From Octopus vulgaris (Eukaryota), in the NCBI GenBank assembly GCA_951406725.2, contig OX597819.1, positions 128,526,001-128,590,000 on the forward strand: a stretch of DNA of 64,000 nt, given 5' to 3'. Of the stretch, positions 28,001 through 40,552 are shown piece by piece (positions within the stretch are counted from its first letter, which is position 1; every line of letters begins with the position of its first letter). The notes beneath the pieces are model-generated. The model was not told the origin of the DNA. It did not search any database and worked only from the letters and a program-made list of their open reading frames with translations. Both the position numbers and the translations under genes were made by a program.

Positions 28001-28149
28001 TATGGACATGTGGTGCCGAAGACTGTGGACAAGAGAGATCCAGGAAGACATGGGATGAAGTGCAAAAAACTGGAGTGAAGACCCTAAGATTCTCACAGGA
28101 CATGACTTTGACTTGAGACAGCATTCACCCGGGGTGGGTTGAGCTGGCT

Positions 28150-28620
28150 TCATTCGTCCTCAATGCTGCATCTCTCACAAACGCCGACCAGACCTGGCGA
28201 TTTGAGGCTACTGACTGTGTGATCTCCAACCACTCCTTATTCCAGCGGCGAACAACATAGATATGGGGGGGGGAGGCCTAGGTTGGGTTCCAGATCAGCT
28301 TTGACTGTCATCAGCCAGGCTTTTCGTTGTCCACCACATCGCTTTCGCCAACCCTGAAGGGGAGCTGGGGCAATTGCTTCGTAGATGAATTCTCCTGGCT
28401 GACGACGGAGGGCATGACCCAGCCAACGCACACGTCTTGTTAGGATGACTTGTCGGAGGGAGGTGATTCTGCACTGGTGTCGCACCGAATTGTTGGAGGC
28501 AAAGTGATGCGGTGTAGACAGAAGTGATCGAAGGATTCTAGTCGCTTAATATCTTCCACCCTCCGGAGATGACAAGGAACTGGGATGACTGGCAATGTAT
28601 AGTTCTTCGGAAGACCTGCA
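28150..28620 (-). mobile_element. Decayed RTE LINE 3' fragment, opposite orientation
   Basis: RLESFDHFCL.RI, RRVRWLGHALR, GWRKRCGGQRKAW in ORFs 28440..28631 and 28237..28485. Confidence 0.7.
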
Positions 28621-28649
28621 CACCCCAGCAAAACTGGCTTCTGGAAGCA

Positions 28650-29945
28650 CTGGGTGCATGTGCAGGTAGGTGTTCATCAAGGCTCAGCCCTCAGTCCCCT
28701 CCTTTTCATCACTGTCCTCCAGGCCATAACAGAGTCATTATAGGTTGGCAGCCCCTGAAAACTACTGTATGCTGATAATTTTGCCCTCATAGCAGATTCT
28801 ATATCAGAACTAGGAAAGAAATTCCAGGTGTAGAAGCAAAACCTGGAATTTAAGGGCCTGAAGGGTAACTTAGTAAAGACTATGGATTTAGTAAGCAAGA
28901 AAACAAATAAGACCCTACCTCCTTCAGGTAAATGGCCCTGCTCAATTTTTAAGAAAGGTGTAGGCAGGCATTCCATATGGTGTACTCAGTGCAAGCTATG
29001 GACACAAGAGGTATAGTGGAACAAAAGGCGGCAAGCTGGCAGAAACGTTAGCACGCCAGGCGAATTGTGTAGCTGTATTCCGTCTGCCGTTACATTCTGA
29101 GTTCAAATTCCGCCGAGGTCGACTTTGTCTTTCATCCTTTCGGGGTCGATTAAATAAGTACCAGTTACGCACTGGGGTCGAAATAATCGACTTAATCCGT
29201 TTGTCTGTCCTTGTTTGCCCCCTCTGTGCTTAGCCCCTTGTGGGTAGTAAAGAAATGGGTATAGTGGAATAATAGGAAGATTGTCGGAGAAAGTAGTGTT
29301 CATATGTGGATGATACACAGGAGCCTTAAAAAACTACAGATACTCAGGAAATGGATTTTCTCAAATGCCCCAGAAGCTCATTAGAGGTAGTGGATAATTT
29401 CTGCCACATAGAGGACCAAATTAGTGGTGGGGGAGGATGTATGGAAACTGTAATAACTAAAAAAAAGAATGGGATGGAGAAAATTCGGAGAGCTTTTACC
29501 TCTGTTGGCAACCAAAGATGTCTCTCTTCAAGAGAAGGGAAGATTGTATGGTGCATGTATACAAAGAGCAATGCTACACAGTAGTGAGACATTAGCCCTG
29601 AATGCAGAGGACATGCAAAGGCTACATAGGGATGAGGCCAGTATGCTTCATTCGATGTGCAATGTAATTATTGTAATTATGCATGTTCAACAGAGTGCTA
29701 ACATGTTGAGAGAAAAGTTAGGCAAAAGAGGAATTAGATGCAAAGTGCAAGAGAGAAGACTGTGCTGGTTTGGTCAAGTGATGCTGATGGATGACAACAG
29801 CTCCACACAGGAGTACCAATCACTGAAAGTGGATGGAAGATGTGGAAGAGGGAGGCCTAGGAAGACATGGGACTGAAGGATGACACTGAACCTTATGGAG
29901 GGAATGACAAAGGACAGAGATATCTGGCACCTTGCTGTCTCGAGA
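28650..29945 (+). mobile_element. Decayed RTE-clade LINE 3' region, interrupted by a SINE; related fragments at 27600-28080 and 41996-42310
   Basis: LLYAD motif at about 28760; WRKFGELLPLL, ERRLCWFGQV, GRGRPRKTW (ORF 29469..29876); ERRLRWYGHV in 41558..42355. Confidence 0.8.
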
Positions 29946-30220
29946 AGATCTGTCCTCCACAGCAGAAATCTTTAATTCCACTCCCCCAGCTGAAGAGGAC
30001 TGGCCTGCAAGAGCTCTGTGCCAGGGACACATAAAAAGCACTCATACCAGGGTCACATTAGAAGCATCCAACACACTGTAAAATGTAGATAGCTGTGTTT
30101 AAAACATTGCACGATAATGATGATGATGACATACACACACACACACTGGGCTTCTTGTAATTTCCATCTATCAGATCCACTCACAAGGTTTTGGTTGGCC
30201 TAAATAATAATATACAGTGG

Positions 30221-31241
30221 AATAATAATAATAATAATAATAATAATTCTAATAATAATAATACTGACAAAAAAAAAAACAAGAAATCATACCACCTAAT
30301 AAACATGAAGAAGAAGAAGAAACAACAAAAGCTATAAAACAAATGAAATCCAAACTAAAAATAGAACAGCAACGAACCATGATAAAACGATGGCAAGAAA
30401 AGCCCCTTCATGGTAAATACTGGACTAAACTAAACGCAAAAGAAATGACAAAGAAAAATCCCAGCAATGGTTGAGAAGCTCAAGACTCAAAGCAGAAACA
30501 GAGGGATTTTTAATTGCAGCACAAGACCAAAGCCTCCCCACCAGAAATTACCAAAAACATGTAACTGCAGAATATGTGGAGATGGACAAGAAACAATAAA
30601 TCATATTATCTCTAGCTGCCCAGTCCTGGCTAAGAAGGAATATATTCACAGACATGACAGAGTTGGAACCTACATACATTGGAAGCTATGCCAACATTAT
30701 GGAATAACAACAGAAAAAAGATGGTATAGGCACACACCAGAAAAGGTCACAGAAAACGAGAAAGCAACCATACTCTGGGATATGCCGATACACACAGATA
30801 GAGAAATTAAGGCCAACAGACCAGATATAGTTGTCAGAGACCATGAAGAAAAAAAATGCTTTCTAATTGATGTATCAATACCGGCAGATGACAACGTGTC
30901 TCTAAAAGAAATGGAGAAACTCTCAAAATACAAAGACCTGGAAATAGAGGTAACTCGAATGTGGAATCTGAAAACAGAAACAATTCCTATCATAGTAGGT
31001 GCATTAGGCATGATAAAAAAATATTCAGACAAATACATAACAAAAACACCAGGACTTACAAACACATATAACATACAGAAAATTGCACTACTAGGCACTG
31101 CACACATCCTACGCAGAACACTTTCCATACAATAACCATCAGAGCATCACAACAAATCACAGCATATACCCAAGGCACACAGAGCTGCGCTCGGTAGTGA
31201 AGTGAAAGCACGCTATAAAAATAAAACTACCGAATAATAAT
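30221..31241 (+). mobile_element. 5'-truncated R4/Dong-like non-LTR retrotransposon (CCHC knuckle plus restriction-like endonuclease)
   Basis: ORF 30467..31135: CRICG..ETINHIISSC, RHD, RPDIVV, IDV, KLSKYKDL. (TAA)n at both ends. Duplicated AATAATAATATACAGTGG at 30203-30220 and 31242-31259. Confidence 0.88.
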
Positions 31242-31630
31242 AATAATAATATACAGTGGTAAAAACATCCAGCTTGAAAACCAGTTGCTCACCAACAAAA
31301 TCAAATTCCATGCATTCTAGTGTAGAGAAATGTATGTAAGCCTCAAAAGAAAGAATGTGTATGGTGAATCGTGAACGGTGGCCATGAAATCTGAAGTGGG
31401 TGTTGTTTATAGCTGAGAACAAGACAATCCTATGAAGCTCAGTTCAACTCGTTTTCAAGAATACACACACACATGGACATGCGACAGGTTTTTGCAGTTT
31501 TCATCTACCAAATTCACTCACAAAGAATTGATCAATCCAGGAATATAATAGTCAAAAGACTAAGAGCATGCTACCCAACTCTACTGACCCCTTCCTCTCT
31601 CCCTCTTTCCTTCTCTATCTACTCAACAGA

Positions 31631-32114
31631 TTAACCCTTTCGTTACCAACCTGGCTGAAACCGCCTCTGGCTCTGAGTACAAATGTCTTGTTTTCAATAG
31701 TTTTGAATTAAAATCTTCCACCAAACCTTAGTCACAATTTATGTTCCTAACACTAGCTGAATGATAACTAAGTTATTTTACTAAATTCTTTGTTATATTT
31801 AAAGTAATTGAAAGAAACACAGAGCATCTCAAAAGAAATACAGTAACGAAAGTGTTAAGGCAGTATGCTTAGTCTTGAGACAATAAGCTGTATGTGCTGA
31901 ACCCTTTCATTACCGTATTATTTTGAGATGATCTGTGTTTCTTTTAATTACTTTAAATATAACAAAGAATTTAGTAAAATAACTTAGTTATCATTCAGCT
32001 AGTGTTAGGAACATAAATTGTGACTAAGGTTTGGTGGAAGATTTTAATTCAAAACTTATGAAAACAAGATATTTGTACTCAGAGCCAGAGCCAGGTTGGT
32101 AACGAAAGGGTTAA
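31631..32114. mobile_element. Two inverted copies of a piggyBac-type MITE (TTAA-CCCTTTCGTTAC TIR); third copy at 63042-63270
   Basis: Copy 1 is 31631-31858 and copy 2 is 31898-32114 in reverse orientation; TTAA termini. Confidence 0.85.
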
Positions 32115-32395
32115 AGAGAAGTGAGTTCCCCTTTGAGGTATTTTCTTATACAATTTTTGTCAGCCATCATTTGAATTCATTTCCCCTGCCCGTTTGGTTA
32201 CTTTTAAAATCAAGTGCCATATTGTCTTGCTGCCGTTTTCTCTATTTCTTCCATTTTTTTGTCTTTTTAAACACACACACACATACTGCTTAAACAATAA
32301 TGTATTTGTCCAGTTCATGAAAGCACAAAAAAGCAGATATAAAACAAATGAAGGAATCGTAGAACAGTTTTGAAAAAATAATGATTGATCCTTAC

Positions 32396-32453
32396 CAGAG
32401 CCAATAGTATCCTTCAGCAGGAATAATCCATCAAGTTCTTGATAGCGTGACAT
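32396..32453 (-). CDS. MELK: MELK coding exon 1 (start codon), MSRYQELDGLFLLKDTIGS(G); exon including UTR is 32396-32462
   Basis: ATG at 32453-32451. Acceptor tttcag lies upstream (AG at 32464-32463) and donor G|gtaag at 32395. 58 coding nt, phase 1, joining the next exon to give the Gly-rich loop GSGGFGKV. Confidence 0.93.
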
Positions 32454-33699
32454 TGTAAGTCACTGAAAAGGAAAACATAAAACAATTAAGATTTCATGTT
32501 GGGACAACATCACAAATTTGAAGGGGGACTGGAGTTTAGTCAATGAAATCACCTCCGTAAAATGTTGGTACTTATTTTATCAAAGGAGTGTCATGAATAG
32601 CTGTTAAGCCTCTGCAGGAGTGTTTTTTGCCACCCCATCATCTAAATAAGATCATCATCATTTAACGTCTGCTTTCCATGCTAGCATGGGTTGGACGATT
32701 TTGACTGAGGTCTGGCAAACCAGATGGCTGCACGAGGCTCCAATCTTGATTTGGCAGAGTTTCTACAGCTGGATGCCCTTCCTAATGCCAACCACTGAGA
32801 GTGTAGTGTGTGCTTTTTATGTGTCACCGGCACGGGGGCCAGACAGGCAGTACTGGCAACGACCTCGCTCGAATCCTTTTACACATGCCACCAGCACAAG
32901 TGCCAGTAAGGCGACATTGGTAACGCTCATGCTCGAACGGTGCCCTATTACGTGCCACTGGCACGGAAGCCAATTGGCTGCTCTGGCAACGCTGGTAATG
33001 ATCATGCTTGAATGGTGCCCTTTAAGTGCCACTGGCACAGAAGCCGGTTAGCCGCTCTGTCAATGATCACGCTCGTAGGGTGCTAATCATAAAAAATTAT
33101 ATTAGATTTCCTGCAAACAGTAACAAGTAAGGCCCAGTCTTTGTTATGGTGAGATGGCTTGTGGGCTGCAGTGACCCTCAGAGCTAGGCCAGCAGAGTTC
33201 AAGCTGATGGTAGGGTTTCTCATGATGAACTGGCAAAGGACAGAAGATAGGCTAATATGGACCACCTCATCCCAGAAGTAAGATGAAATTGCATAGCACC
33301 AACGCCCCTACCTAAAGAAAAAGTAAAGTCACAAAAGCATCAGTGACAATTCAAAACCAACAAGGTCCAGGAGAAGAAATCCTTACTTTGAGGATGTAAA
33401 AACAATAGAGAAAAGCCACTCAATGATCTGTGTTCTATAGGGAGTGAAGGACTTAAGTAAGAGCAGAGGTTCTAGAATTGTTAAGTTTAATTTTAAATTG
33501 TGAAGATGTAAAATGGATGAGAGGAAAGGTTTGTTTTATTTTGTTTTGTATTATCTTCAAATAAGGTTCAAGTCTGCCACATGAGAACTGGAAATTGTTA
33601 TCAACATCTTGAGTCAATTTAACTACCATTGGGATCCACATGAGCTTCTGCTTGAGAACTGAACACAACATTCCACCATCTACAGCAGTCTTCTAACCA

Positions 33700-34351
33700 C
33701 TGATAACAACCTATCCTTTCTGCTGAGTATTGTTACAGGTGATGAAAAATGGATTTTTGCATCATAACAGAAAATGAAAACGACAATGGTTATTATGTAA
33801 TGAAAGGCTAGTGCCAACGCCAAAACTAGAACACCATCCACAAAAATCCTTGCTTTGTGTTTGATGGAACATGAGAGGTATCATCCATTACAGCCACTGG
33901 AACATAGAAGAACCATCAATGCAGATGTCTATTATCAACAACTTGATTGTGTAAATGAAAAATTATGTCAAAAGCCAGCTTTAGTAATCAGAAAAGGTGT
34001 TATTCTTCAACATGACAATGGATGGCAACATTCTTCAAAACAAACCCAAGAAAAAATAAGATTGTTAGAAAGGAAAGTTCTTTCACATCCTTCATACGCA
34101 TCTGACTTGGCCCCTATGGATTTCCATTTGTTCCGATCACTAAAACATGTTATAAGAGGCAAAAGATCAGAGAGGAAGTTGAAAATGGCCATTCAGACAT
34201 TTGGACATAAAAGGTTACTTTCCCATTGGGCGGCAGTTGACAAAAACAATGGTGATTACATTCTTGATTAGAACTATTCAAATAAACACAGTTTGCATTT
34301 GTTTTTATATCCTTTCTGGTAAAATGCAATTACATTCCACACACCCTGATA
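33700..34351 (+). mobile_element. Degenerate mariner (D,D34D) transposase, 3' part
   Basis: IVTGDEKW (about 33730), TINADVY, ILQHDNG, HPSYASDLAPMDFHLFRSL; multiple stops and frameshifts. Confidence 0.9.
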
Positions 34352-35675
34352 TATTTAGCTATTATATTTGGACAAAGTCAACTGTACAAACATCTACACA
34401 TTTTAGACTGCATCCCTTTTAAAATAGACTTGCCTACACTGATTTAGTGTATCTAATAGCCACCCCAGCTCTTCTGCAATGGTCTAAGCACAGATCTCAT
34501 CACCACCAGACATGCTTTGGATAGGTTTTATTGCTCTTCTACAGACACATTATTTTAGCACATAAATGCTACTTCAGAAGAATTCTAAATGGCAAAAGAA
34601 TATTTTAAGATATTCTGTTATATCTATGAAAATATTACTAATGATAATACAGTCGGCTACATCACCCCAACAACTCATCTTCCTAACACCCACCCCTCCA
34701 TCACTCCTCTAACTATGGTTCTATTCACTCAGCTGCTGTCACTATTAGAGTAGGAGGACTGCACATATTTCATCCACCTTATCACTCACCCTTCCTGAAA
34801 CCACTTCCTTTTTCTCATGCATTCTCAATACCATACCTTACCACTTTATTTGCCATTGAATGCCCTGTCCACCTTGCCTTTCCCCTATATACCTCTCTCA
34901 TTTTGCCAATAGCAACCATCCCTACAATAACCTTGGTTCATCTCCCACTAATTCTACCGTTATGTACCTCTGACTTCTTATGTACCCTAACACACTTCAC
35001 AGGGAGCCAAAAAATCCCCTAGAAGGAAACCCTGATTTTGACTCCCAGGCAAATAGAGCTCTTGAGCATGGGCAGCATTGCAATTATCCAAAGGGAGGAA
35101 ACCCTCAGAACACACATCCTGCCTTCAGATCTTGAAGGTTGGGCATTGAGCTAATCATCTGATCCTGAAGGAAACTTCTTATTACAGAAACTTCAAACAT
35201 TCAGAAGAATCCACAACATGGTAGAGAAGCAGTGGTTCCTAAACTAGAAAGAGAAAGAAACATGATGCACTTGAGTGAAAGCTAAGCTTTGGGGTCAATT
35301 ACACTACATCTCAACCCAACAATACATGGACTCTTGAAGGATGAAGGAAACATGGAGGATTCAAGAACACAAGGGAGAAGAACTGTTAAACTAGAGAGGC
35401 AGGTTAGTAGATGGGGAACATGGGACCAGGTGCAATAGGACGAGAGAGAGGGATAGAGACTGGAAGCTTATTGTGCCATCTGGCACAAAGTAGAAAGAAG
35501 AATATACTAGAATAGATTGGATTTACTAAAGAACCCTACCCCCACCTCATTCTACTTCACGATAACAACAAAAGAATGAAGCACTTTGATAAATTCAGCT
35601 CAAAGACTTGATCCCTGCTTAAAATCGTTTCACTTCTTTATATTTGGAAATGCAAAAAAAAAAAGAGTATATCCT

Positions 35676-36663
35676 AGCAGTGGCGTGCCTCAAGGTTCAG
35701 TGCTTGGGCCCTTATTGTTCTTAGTTTTCATAAATGACTTGCCCGACGACCTCATGCAACACACCCTACTATTTGCCGATGATGTCAAATTGGTTGCTCC
35801 TTGCGGTGATATAGATGATCTTCGCCGATGCCTCCACCAAGTTTGGAGATGGTCTAACGAATGGAACCTGTGTCTGAACGTTTCAAAGTGCTGTCATCTG
35901 CTTGTTGGCTCTTCTCCTGCAACTCAACTTGATTTCAAGCCAGGTCGTCTGCTACTGGAGAGGACCGACCAGGTAAAGGACCTGGGTATCTTGGTGGATT
36001 CTTCCTTTTCGCCTTCGGCCCAGTGCGTCCATGCTGCCAACAAAGCACGCAGAGTTCTGTTTTTGATTCGACAGTCATTCGGAATGCTCACAGCAGCCAT
36101 ATTCCTACCGCTCTATGTCACGCTGGTGAAACCCATATTGGAGTACGGGATTCAAGCCTCTTCTCCTTATCTCCTCAAAGACATACACCATCTCGAAAGA
36201 GTCCAGAAGCTGGCTACCCGCATGGTTCTTGGTCTCAAGCATTTGTCTTATGAAGAAAGGCTGAAGACGCTCGACCTTTATTCTCTAGAAAAACGATGAC
36301 GCCGTGGTGATCTCATTCTTGCTCACAACATCATAAGCGGAAAGTGTAACCTCTCGAAAGAGCTGTTCTTCACTCCTGCTCCAGAGCATCGGCTGCGGGG
36401 TCACTCCGAAAAGCTCTATCTGCGACGATTTCATCTCAATCGAAGGAGAGGGGCTTTCTCTGTCTGGGTTGCAGATCTGTGGAATAAGCTGCCAGACGAG
36501 ATAGTGAAGATGCCGACGACCGCTTGGTTCAAAGTCTCTCTTGACCAGAAATGGCCTGAACTCTTTGCATGAACACCACCCTGTACATAACTCCATGTCC
36601 CCCTACATGGCCTTGCTTTTTGCTTTTTGAGCCAAAAAATTAACTTAACTTAACTTAACTAAC
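35676..36663 (+). mobile_element. 5'-truncated CR1/L2-group LINE reverse transcriptase with (TTAAC)n tail
   Basis: GVPQGSVLGPLLF, LFADD, LERVQKLAT, LSYEERL. A single in-frame TGA at 36297 sits in an Arg run, then WNKLP follows. Tail ttaacttaacttaac at about 36640-36660. Confidence 0.92.
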
Positions 36664-39600
36664 ATAACGTCGTAAATTTCCCTTGCCACTCTCAAAAATG
36701 TAGATCTCTGATTTTTTGTGTTCAGTCAAAAGAACAAATATTTTCTGAGTTAGAAAAAAAAAAGTAAAACCAGAACAATGAAATCTCAGGATGTCTTGGA
36801 CTATCACGAAAAACTTAAAAGACTCAATAATAATCTTTGAATAAAATTTGAGCAAACAGAAGTAGAAAATACTTCAAGTTCCAACAATGACTGATGATCT
36901 ACAAAAGTGAGGTGAGAACCACAATGAAGTCCTGCCCCTTATCTGGGATGGTGCTTGCAGCTGCTGTACACATAGACATCCAAGGGAACAACTAGAGAAA
37001 GGCCACTCAAGTGATCAGCATATAAAATGCTCCAATCTTTGGCCAATAAATGTGCTTTATGAGACCCTCGTCCTAATGACTATGTTCAATACTTGCTCCT
37101 GCTGGAATTCTTTCCTTCTTTATGTTTTTTTGTTTTCTGTAGTTGTTAACTTGTAAAAGTGAAAAACTAACAGCATCAATCTGACAGGTCTCAGAGATAC
37201 TGCAAAGGCCATGGTCACTACCTCTTTCTCCAGGTTTAGAGCTAAAAGCAAAGCAGTAGCACTAACCATCAGCAACACAAAATGGCTGTGGTTTGCATAT
37301 CAGGTAGCACTGACATTTTATCATCATCATCGTTTAACGGTATAATTCACTCAGTAGTAAATGTAGTGAGACAAAACGAATGAATAAATGTAAAAAGTCT
37401 CTTCAGTCATTGACCACATGATTACCAATATTTGGACTGCCAGATTGACCCTCAAGCTGCATGTTTTCAGGACAACACTACAACCATTTATCTCTTTGTG
37501 ATTTTGCAGAGGATTCACCCTTCTCATAAGTTGGCCTAGGTCAAGCAACCCTATGAGTATAGGCATTCTAGACAATATATCCAATAAGGCGGCGAACTGG
37601 CAGAAATATTAGCACGCTGGGCGAAATACTTAGCGGTATTTCATCTGCCGTTACGTTGTGAGTTCAAATTCCGCCGAAGTCAACTTTGCCTTTCATCCTT
37701 TCGGGGTCGATTAAATTAAGTACCAGTTTCGCACTGGGGTCGATGTAATCGACTTGATCCCTTGGTCTGTCCTTGTTTGTCCCCTCTATGTTTAGCCCCT
37801 TGTAGGCAATAAAGAAATATATATATCCATTAAATCTTGTTTTTAAGAAGGAGGGGTGACATTTGGTCACTATTTCCAAAGGGTTTTTAAAGACTCCAGA
37901 GAGATTGTCTGAGGGGCATTTGGTACTATAAAATATCATGATCCTGTTTTAATTTCTAATTGAATCAAGGAAAGAATTCAATAATGCTTAAATATTATTA
38001 TCTATGCTGTTTTTCTGTGCTATTTGATTCGAAAAAATACTTTTAAGTCTTGTCTAGAACTGGTGGGATCCAAAGAACTTTGATTTACTGCATTAGTAAA
38101 AATATTTGTTTATACAGAAATGAGACTGCGTAAAGTTCATTTCTTTGTGTGTGTGTTTTAATAGAATCGAAACTGTTTCGCAGTCTTGGGAGAGAGATAC
38201 AATTAGCAGTCGACGACATAATTTCGGCTTGATACAGGAATTTCCAAATTTGATTGTGCAGCTGAAAACATAGTAGTCGAATTGTTTTGACATATTACTA
38301 GTCCGGGGAGCATGTGGACAGTGCTGTCATAAGGAATGGGTTACACTGGACAGTTGCCTCGAAACACCTACGTGTCTTGGGGCCCAATGCTTATTTATGA
38401 TGGGGTCGTATATGTAGGAGGTCCCAGTACATTGTTTTTATCTGAATGAAGGGTCGATAATGCTAAGACGGCTCTGCATGCCGGCTATAAGTCATTTCCA
38501 TTCTTGCAAACAACACTGCATCATGACCAATAGCAACGGGCCTGCACCCATTGCTGTTGGTCATCATACGGTAGAAATTAAATGCATCGATACTGGACGT
38601 CGAAGAGCAGAATTGGATTCTTCGGAATTCGATCTTCAAACGAAAATAGAAATATCAACCATTGCCGCAGTATTTGATTTCGTTCGTGTATGCTTTAAGT
38701 TCAAATCACACGGAAAAAATAAAAACGTTTATAGGTGACTGGAGTTGAATGATGGGCGGACCTTCGAAATCGATATCACTACTTCATCAGGAAGGAAAAG
38801 AGTTGGGTTTTATTTTGTGTGTGTATTTTTCTTTTTCAATATTCCTGTTTCACACAACGAAATTACGATTCTAAAAGAATACTTTCCAAAAATTACAGTT
38901 TTCTATATTTTTGCTCCTTAATTCAATCTTTTTTTACCTTCTCCATGATGTAGTTGTAATTATTCCAAAAGTCCGTCGAATGATTATTCCTTTTTAATGG
39001 TAAAGTAGCATTAAGTAAATTTGTTTAATTGTAAATCAAGAATACCTCCCCAACTTGGCACCAAGGCAATCTGCAATGTATTCAGTTTAGTTTTAGAATC
39101 TCGAGACACATTTCCCTGAAGTTTCGTGGAAAACGTTTTTAAAAATATAATTATAAACGGGCATACAAAAAAAAAAAGGTGGATTTACACAAGTAACTAT
39201 TTCTATTGGAGTTTTGAATTTTTAAGGCGGTACAGCTGTTGTTGACTATTCATACCCAACAACCGTTAGTTACAAGACAGCAAGTATGTGATAATTCACT
39301 ATTCAGGCTATTTGGATAGAAGATATATTGTTTGAAAAGGAATATATATGTATTTTTAAAGGTCAGTCACTGCTTGGAAACAGAGAAAAAGAGAGGAAAG
39401 TAGAGAAAGCGAAAAAAAACAAATTCTCTCAGAATTAAAAAATAGGTTTTGAGAGCGCACATTTGGGTGGGTAATTTGATTGGGGTCGAATATAATAAAG
39501 ACTAACAGAAAACTAGTTTTAAACAACGTAGCCGCCAAGTCAACGTTAGTGACAAATATTCCCACACTAAACTCACTGATCAAATATTTATCTTCTTTAC

Positions 39601-40229
39601 ATTAAATGATATTATTTCAAAGTAGAACATAAAATAAAGACTGCTTTTATTCAGATGAAACGTGATGTGAAAATGATCAATATAAAGGTAGGCAGTTGTG
39701 AATTTTTGTAAAGGAAAGAAATAAAATAAAAATTATATTAGACAGATATTACATCCACTTTTATAAATCTTTAATTTTATCATTTACAAGCTTAAAGTGT
39801 AAAATGTATAACGACTTGTCTTGCTTAATGTAAGAAGAAAAATCGGGGATTATAAAATGCACCTGAGCGCTGTATACAATAATTTCATTATTATAAAATC
39901 TAATACAAAGGATGGAATGAAAAAAGAACAAACACGTAGAAAAAATATTTTTCCTAGCATCGTAAATAACATGCATTCGGTTTCACAATTAAAACAGGGA
40001 GAGTTAATTAATAATGATATAACAATATTACATTGTAGATATATATATGTATGTTACATAACGAATGTTCTATGAAGTACCTGTTGGCAATTAACAGAGA
40101 TGGATTGAAAAATGTTTGTTAAGATGTAAAAGAAGCAACAAAATTATGCAAAACAAGGAGTGAGGTTCATTTATAAACCAGACAGTGTTATAGTAAGTGA
40201 AGCAGCATTAGAAATAGGTAGTGGTTTAC

Positions 40230-40310
40230 CTGGAGTGGTGGGTAGTCTATGTACACACAGGTAAATTAGTGTCCAGTAAGTTTGTGATGAAAGAGACAAA
40301 TAATGTTTAA
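40230..40310 (-). other. Candidate non-coding first exon of MELK
   Basis: Minus-strand donor CAG|gtaaac at 40230/40229, just downstream of the promoter-motif cluster. The ATG exon has an acceptor, so an upstream UTR exon is expected. TSS position is a guess. Confidence 0.4.
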
Positions 40311-40313
40311 GTT

Positions 40314-40373
40314 TTCAAACTTGCCACACATTCGGTGTTAGCCAATCAGAAGCGAGGAAATGTCACGCGGGAA
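40314..40373 (-). promoter_or_regulatory. Candidate MELK cell-cycle promoter: E2F-like TTCCCGCG (40373-40366), CCAAT box AGCCAATCAG (40340-40349), CHR TTTGAA (40319-40314)
   Basis: Three motifs within 60 bp in a locally CpG-enriched patch upstream of MELK, matching the known NF-Y/E2F/CHR architecture of DREAM/MMB target promoters. Confidence 0.55.
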
Positions 40374-40552
40374 CTTAACCGAGACTGGAGACTGCGTTGC
40401 TTTGGAGTTTTCTGCTAGGAGAAGAATGGTTCGGGTTCTACGGGAATGGGATTGAGTGGTGTTCATGCTTTTCCACAAGGACGTCTGTAGCTTCGGGGTG
40501 AAGTTATAACATGGTTTGAGTGCGATTTAATCGAGTGGTCCTTTACCTAGCC

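Noticed and set aside
38460-38738. 92-aa ORF in unique sequence
   Set aside because: No recognisable motif, antisense within the MELK 5' region, and length compatible with chance.
38755-38792. Minus-strand CUGAUGA...GAAG-GUC
   Set aside because: Core is GAAG rather than GAAA and stem II barely pairs.
38930-38990. Alternative MELK first exon (ATG GAG AAG|gtaaaa on the minus strand)
   Set aside because: No promoter motifs nearby, and splicing to the ATG exon gives an immediate stop; needs transcript data.
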